Assembly: GCA_048886185.1 (NCBI GenBank)
Contig: JBHLKY010000001.1
Location: 270,001 to 302,000 of the forward strand
Source: Candidatus Hermodarchaeota archaeon
GTDB taxonomy: Archaea; Asgardarchaeota; Heimdallarchaeia; Hodarchaeales; Hodarchaeaceae
DNA length: 32,000 bases
Direction: 5' to 3'
Positions 27,806 through 32,000 of the stretch are shown here, piece after piece. The position numbers and the translations under genes are program-made. Each line of letters begins with the position of its first letter. Within the stretch, counting starts at the first letter, position 1. The notes beneath the pieces were generated by a model. The model was not told the origin of the DNA. It made no database searches and saw nothing but the letters and a program-made list of their open reading frames with translations.

Positions 27806-28153
27806 TCATCCAGCCGTACTGTGAGGGATCAAAAGAATTTCATCGCCGTTATCGACACCATAATCACCTAAAGGTGCTGACTCATCTAGAGTCCGACCGG
27901 CGTGGCTTAGATGAAAATCATCTGGATTTAACCCAAAGATGTTAGCCAAGGTGTCTCTGACGTCTCTAACAGGAGTGTTTTCTCCTACAGAAATTTTTTC
28001 AGTACGTTCAGGCCCAACGGTGGATTTGAAGAAAATATTCTTCTTAGGACCTGCAGATACTCCTGATACTGGAGTTTTCGATTGGGCGGGAGTTTTGGAT
28101 TTAATTCTGGTTTTTTCTTCTAAATCAAAGTCCAAATCTTCAAAATCTGACAT
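27806..28153 (-). CDS. Ubiquitin-like protein 1 (acidic N-tail; free C-terminal STAG)
   Basis: IFFKST...AGRTLD...LGDYGVDNGD.ILLIP; ends HSTAG-stop. AGGTGA SD. Confidence 0.88.
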   Translation of the reverse strand: MSDFEDLDFDLEEKTRIKSKTPAQSKTPVSGVSAGPKKNIFFKSTVGPERTEKISVGENTPVRDVRDTLANIFGLNPDDFHLSHAGRTLDESAPLGDYGVDNGDEILLIPHSTAG

Positions 28154-28177
28154 TTTTTTATCACCTTATTCTTTTGT

Positions 28178-28273
28178 ATGAGTTTTATTTTGTATATGAA
28201 ACTCATGTAAGATACGTACCTTACGTATTTATAAAACTTACGGAATATACGTAACACCCGAAAAATATATAAG
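28178..28273. promoter_or_regulatory. Divergent promoter with four TACGTA-type boxes, TATA elements and an 8-bp inverted repeat
   Basis: TACGTA at 28213, 28222 and 28248; TACGGA at 28239; palindromic TTTATAAA at 28228-28235; A-rich BRE-like run plus TATATAAG at 28266-28273; ATGAGTTT-13-AAACTCAT at 28178-28206. Confidence 0.65.
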
Positions 28274-28304
28274 GGTGAAAGTAATATTTTCCATCAAAGA
28301 GATT

Positions 28305-28724
28305 ATGAAAGAAGATGAGGTTGACTTATTGTCAGAAAGTGCCCAAAATACCAAAATTTCTAGTAAGGCGTGGGAACTTTTACGATGGGCAAAATTTGAG
28401 CTTGATGCAAAATCTTACAGTGATGTAATTGTTTTATTAAACAAGAAAATTAATAACCGGTCGAAAAGTATGGAAAAGGCATTAGAAAACTTCGATGAGG
28501 AACGACATAGGATCAAAGTAAAAACACCCGGTAATGATGAAGAACAAAGCATTTTCTTAGAAAAACCTAAAACAATCTTATTAAGACCCGAAGCTCGAAA
28601 GATTCTCAATCGATTAAAATTAGAAAGCAATAAACCAGCATATACATTTTCGGATGGAATTGAATTTATAATAAAAGGAAATAAAGAAATCTGGAACGCT
28701 ATTCCTGATCGTTTGAAGAAATAA
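28305..28724 (+). CDS. Tandem ribbon-helix-helix-like DNA-binding protein
   Basis: Two similar units, NTKISSKAWELLRWAK..AKSYSDVIVLL and KTILLRPEARKILNRLK..AYTFSDGIEFII, resemble the archaeal RHH/VapB-type pattern TI.IS...Y..L...K...SFSDVI. The ATG at 28305 is preferred over the GTG at 28275 because of the TATA position. Confidence 0.55.
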   Translation: MKEDEVDLLSESAQNTKISSKAWELLRWAKFELDAKSYSDVIVLLNKKINNRSKSMEKALENFDEERHRIKVKTPGNDEEQSIFLEKPKTILLRPEARKILNRLKLESNKPAYTFSDGIEFIIKGNKEIWNAIPDRLKK

Positions 28725-28738
28725 AAGGATTAATTTAA

Positions 28739-28960
28739 TTGTGTGGTATTACCGTGTCAGAGACAGATTTAGAGGTCATTTTTGATTTAATTGCACGAAA
28801 TCCCCCAATATTCGCAGTTATTGGTGGTATCAGCCTCGTTCTTCTTGGAGGAATACTAGAAATTGAAGCTCTGGTTTCTTCTGGTTGGAGTGCTCTGGTG
28901 ACTGGCGCTTTTCTCCAAGTAGGCTGGATTGTAATGATAAACTCTAGAAGAAAACGTTGA
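28739..28960 (+). CDS. Small two-TM membrane protein
   Basis: Two hydrophobic helices and a basic C-terminus (RRKR); 14 bp after the RHH gene. Confidence 0.55.
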   Translation: MCGITVSETDLEVIFDLIARNPPIFAVIGGISLVLLGGILEIEALVSSGWSALVTGAFLQVGWIVMINSRRKR

Positions 28961-29009
28961 AAGTACAAATTTGACTGAGATCTCATCATATATTGTAGGA
29001 AAGAAATAA

Positions 29010-30251
29010 CTATGATTCTGGAGCATAATTTTTAGCCATTTCTGCTCTGGAAATTACAATTCGTTGAACTTCATTCGTCCCCTCGTAAATCGGCGTAATT
29101 CGAACATCGCGATAATAGCGTTCGACATCATATTCCTTGATATATCCATAACCACCATGCATTTGAATTGCTTCATTAGTGACTTCTTGTGCAATTTCTG
29201 ATCCGTAAAGTTTAGCAATTGACGCATACTCTGAAAAATCCTGTTTCAAATCTTTCATTCGGGCTGCAGAGAGGTATGCCAGTCGTGCAGTGTGGATTTT
29301 AGTGTACAAGTCAGCAAGTTTCCATTGAGTCGCTTGAAAGCTCTCGATAGGCTGTCCAAATTGCTTTCTGGTCTTCACGTACGTTGCTGCTTTTCTATAA
29401 GCAGCATCAGCAATACCAACTGCTTGGGCTCCAATACCGATTCGTGCGGCTGCTAACTCATATAGAACCACACTGAAACCGCGATCAATTTGGCCTAACA
29501 CATTTCTTTTAGGGATTATGGCTCCATCGAGTAAGACTTCAGCAGTAGCGTTACTATGAAGGCCTAGTTTTTCTTCTATTCTTGCTATCTTGAACCCAGG
29601 GTTATTTCCTGTTTCAATGATACATGCAGTCAATCCTCTGGAACCTTTTTCTGGAGATGTGGAACCTAAAAAAAGATATGTATTTGCTATTCCAGCATTT
29701 GATATAAAGTTCTTCGTACCATTAACAACATAATGGTCGCCTTCGTCAACCATATTTGTTTTTAACGATCCTAAATCTGATCCTGCCCCTGGTTCTGTGA
29801 AAAGAAGTCCACCAATCAGTTCTCCACTTGCTAGCTTAGGTAAATAATATTCTTTAGCCTCTTCCATACCAAAGGTCTGAATGACGTCGTAGGAGGAGTT
29901 TTGTAAACCGAAGAGTAATGATGTTCCTGCATCAGCACGAGATATACGTTCATAGCAGGCGTTGGTAAGTGTAAACGATAATCCTACTCCTTCGTACTTT
30001 TCTGGGATAGCTAAGCCCATCAAATCATTTTCTGCAAGTTTTTTGACAATTTTGTATGTCTGTTCAGGATAAGTAATCTTTCCTGTTTGAACATCAAACT
30101 TACAGCCCTCCTTATCCATTTCTTGGGCATAGGGTTCGATTTCTTTCTTGCATAGTTCATCCATGAGATCAAGAACCATCTCATTTTGTTCCGTTTCTTC
30201 CTTATTATATCCAAATGTAGCCAAAATTTGTAACAAATCTTTCATTAACAC
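29010..30251 (-). CDS. Acyl-CoA dehydrogenase (short-chain/butyryl-CoA type)
   Basis: FTEPGAGSD, NGTKNFISN, EEKLGL, RKQFG, QMHGGYGY, YRD..I..IYEGTNEVQ (catalytic Glu). Confidence 0.93.
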   Translation of the reverse strand: MLMKDLLQILATFGYNKEETEQNEMVLDLMDELCKKEIEPYAQEMDKEGCKFDVQTGKITYPEQTYKIVKKLAENDLMGLAIPEKYEGVGLSFTLTNACYERISRADAGTSLLFGLQNSSYDVIQTFGMEEAKEYYLPKLASGELIGGLLFTEPGAGSDLGSLKTNMVDEGDHYVVNGTKNFISNAGIANTYLFLGSTSPEKGSRGLTACIIETGNNPGFKIARIEEKLGLHSNATAEVLLDGAIIPKRNVLGQIDRGFSVVLYELAAARIGIGAQAVGIADAAYRKAATYVKTRKQFGQPIESFQATQWKLADLYTKIHTARLAYLSAARMKDLKQDFSEYASIAKLYGSEIAQEVTNEAIQMHGGYGYIKEYDVERYYRDVRITPIYEGTNEVQRIVISRAEMAKNYAPES

Positions 30252-30305
30252 TAACCATCCATACTTTTGATGTTTGGTAGAAACATTTTCTGATTAAACA
30301 AAATT

Positions 30306-30599
30306 TCATACTTTGAATTCGCTGAAAGCGTGACAAATTTGAGAGAGTTTTTCCGCATAACCTTGGGAAATGTTGAATTTTTGTCTAACTTTCCATTCTC
30401 CTGCTTTATTCTTTTGCCAACCGTACAGCCTGATTTGATGTTTTCCTCCTCCAGTATCTACCAGAACAATAGCTTTAAGCCAAGCTGCGGTCTTTGCTAG
30501 ACGTTTTCCAGCAACTACTTTTAATGTTTTACTAACAGGGAATTCTTCTATATTATCAGTGAGTAACTCGCGAAGTAACATACCAATTCCAATCCTCAA
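30306..30599 (-). CDS. Small basic hypothetical protein, possibly PC4-like ssDNA/RNA-binding fold
   Basis: IRLYGWQKNKAGEWKVRQKFNIS followed by a helix resembles the PC4 beta-hairpin. The start may be at 30581. Confidence 0.4.
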   Translation of the reverse strand: MRIGIGMLLRELLTDNIEEFPVSKTLKVVAGKRLAKTAAWLKAIVLVDTGGGKHQIRLYGWQKNKAGEWKVRQKFNISQGYAEKLSQICHAFSEFKV

Positions 30600-30841
30600 G
30601 CTATCTTATATCAATAGAACTTCCAATACTGGTTCAATTTTTATCATTCTTTGATAAAAAAATGTTTCGATTCTTATCATAATGTAGTTAATTTCTAATC
30701 AACATTTTAATCTATTTTACAGGTAATAAATGGTGATACGTCTCAAAATCCTGCTATTAAAATTACATAATCTTATCTGTGTGAAAAAAAGGTAGTTTTC
30801 CAGAGCTGTGAAAATACCGGAAAATTCTATTACATTTTTAT

Positions 30842-31876
30842 TTAGTTACTGTTTAAATAAAGGTGACATGCAACAAAATGTCCATTCCCTACTTCAAGAA
30901 GCTCTGGTTCTTTTTTCGGACAAGAATCGACTGCTTTTGCACATCTTGTATGGAATCGGCAACCACTTGGGATGTTAACTGGACTGGGAACCTCCCCTTT
31001 TAAAATAAAACGCTCTTTCTTTTGAGTTGGGTCTGGAATGGGAATCGAAGAGAAAAGAGCTTCAGAGTATGGATGGAGAGGTTTCTTATAGAGATGTTCA
31101 GTAGGCGCTAGTTCAACAACCTTTCCAAGATACATGACACCTACTCTAGTGCTTATGCATTCAACAACACGAAGATCATGACTAATGAACAAATAAGTTA
31201 AATCCATGTCTTTCTGGAGTTCCACGAAAAGATCAAGAAGTTGAGCCCTTACTGATACATCGACAGAAGAAGTTGGTTCATCTAGCAGTACAAAATCAGG
31301 TTTTGTTACCAAAGCTCGTGCTATCGCTATTCTTTGCCTTTGTCCCCCACTGAATTCATGAGGATAGCGATAAAGATGAACCTCCCCAAGGCCTACTTTT
31401 TGAAGTATTGACAAAGTTCTTACTCGAAGCTCAGCTCCTTTAGCTAATCCCTGAACCTTAAGGGGTTCCCCAACTACGTTCTTAATAAGCATTCTTGGAT
31501 TGAGTGAAGATGAAGGGTCTTGGTACACTATCTGCATTCTTCTTCGTAAATATTTCAACTTTTTTCCCTTATATGTTGAAAGATCGTGTTGGGACCTGAT
31601 CTTTTGAAGCTGGGAGTTATTAACTTCAGAAATCGGGTCAGTTTCTGGTAGATCAAAATATATATGTCCTGATGTTGGCTCATAAAGTCTTAAAACAGTT
31701 TTTCCAAATGTGGTCTTACCACAACCCGATTCACCGACTAATCCAAAGCACTCACCCTTTCTTATACTTAGACTTACTCCATCGACAGCTTTAACATCTC
31801 CCATTTTCTTCCTAAAAACACCTCCAGTCACATGGAAGTATTTTTTTAGGTTCTCGGTTTGAAGTAGGATTTTCAA
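30842..31876 (-). CDS. oppF: Oligopeptide/dipeptide ABC transporter ATP-binding subunit
   Basis: GESGCGKT, FSGGQRQ, LLDEPT, HPYSEAL and GCRFHTRC oligo_HPY tail. The TTG start at 31876 (GGAG SD) overlaps the oppD stop. Confidence 0.9.
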   Translation of the reverse strand: MKILLQTENLKKYFHVTGGVFRKKMGDVKAVDGVSLSIRKGECFGLVGESGCGKTTFGKTVLRLYEPTSGHIYFDLPETDPISEVNNSQLQKIRSQHDLSTYKGKKLKYLRRRMQIVYQDPSSSLNPRMLIKNVVGEPLKVQGLAKGAELRVRTLSILQKVGLGEVHLYRYPHEFSGGQRQRIAIARALVTKPDFVLLDEPTSSVDVSVRAQLLDLFVELQKDMDLTYLFISHDLRVVECISTRVGVMYLGKVVELAPTEHLYKKPLHPYSEALFSSIPIPDPTQKKERFILKGEVPSPVNIPSGCRFHTRCAKAVDSCPKKEPELLEVGNGHFVACHLYLNSN

Positions 31877-32000
31877 TTCAAATTCTCCTTCTGATTGGAA
31901 TAAAGATGACATGAAACTACATGTTCCTTAAAGACCACAGTAGTAGGAATCTCTTCAGAACACTTTGGACTTGCATTGGAACATCTCGGATGAAATCGAC
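31873..32000 (-). CDS. oppD: C-terminal end of oligopeptide ABC ATPase (5' part outside the window)
   Basis: Manual translation gives RFHPRCSNASPKCSEEIP...HVVSCHLYSNQKENLN-stop (TGA 31875-31873). Confidence 0.85.
   Translation of the reverse strand, partial: RFHPRCSNASPKCSEEIPTTVVFKEHVVSCHLYSNQKENLN

Noticed and set aside
25726-28153. Interpreting E1 plus Ubls as a MoeB/MoaD or ThiF/ThiS sulfur-relay system
   Set aside because: E2, RING and JAMM genes are in the same operon, the E1 has a UBA2/3-type Cys segment, and no cofactor biosynthesis genes are nearby.
26654-28989. Opposite-strand ORFs over E1, the Ubls and the RHH locus (26654-26995, 27090-27404, 27939-28181, 28415-28630, 28735-28989)
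   Set aside because: They are antisense to better-supported genes and have no recognisable features.
1-32000. CRISPR array, rRNA/tRNA genes, IS elements or integrases
   Set aside because: No repeat-spacer periodicity, RNA-gene signature or transposase/integrase motif was recognised by eye; a tRNAscan/Infernal run would be needed to exclude small RNAs.

Overview
AT-rich archaeal window, most likely from an Asgard archaeon (Heimdallarchaeia/Hodarchaeales-like). This assignment is inferred from the eukaryote-like ubiquitin machinery, a uDENN/longin-like domain, kynureninase and GGTGA/GGAG Shine-Dalgarno sites. From left to right: the 3' part of a giant cadherin-like repeat surface protein with one TM helix and a cytoplasmic uDENN/longin-like tail; a patch of gene fragments (ClbS/DfsB piece, TPR piece, orphan antitoxin-like gene); housekeeping or accessory genes (serine hydrolase, DinB-like, GNAT, YaeQ-like nuclease fold, heterodimeric ABC exporter, kynU); a secreted alpha/alpha-barrel surface protein; a coiled-coil/winged-helix protein and a macrodomain. 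Next is a tightly packed minus-strand ubiquitin-like operon: two Ubls with acidic N-terminal tails ending in -AG, an E1, an E2, a JAMM protease, a multi-pass membrane RING E3, a RING-less paralogue of that membrane domain and a disordered basic protein. Divergent from the operon is a tandem ribbon-helix-helix gene, and the shared promoter has four TACGTA-type boxes flanking a TATA palindrome. The window ends with an acyl-CoA dehydrogenase, a small hypothetical gene and oppF/oppD. The best candidate for an undescribed system is this membrane-anchored, apparently dedicatedly regulated Ubl-conjugation operon (ERAD-like by analogy). No rRNA, tRNA, CRISPR array or transposase was recognised. All family calls come from motif recognition, not database searches.
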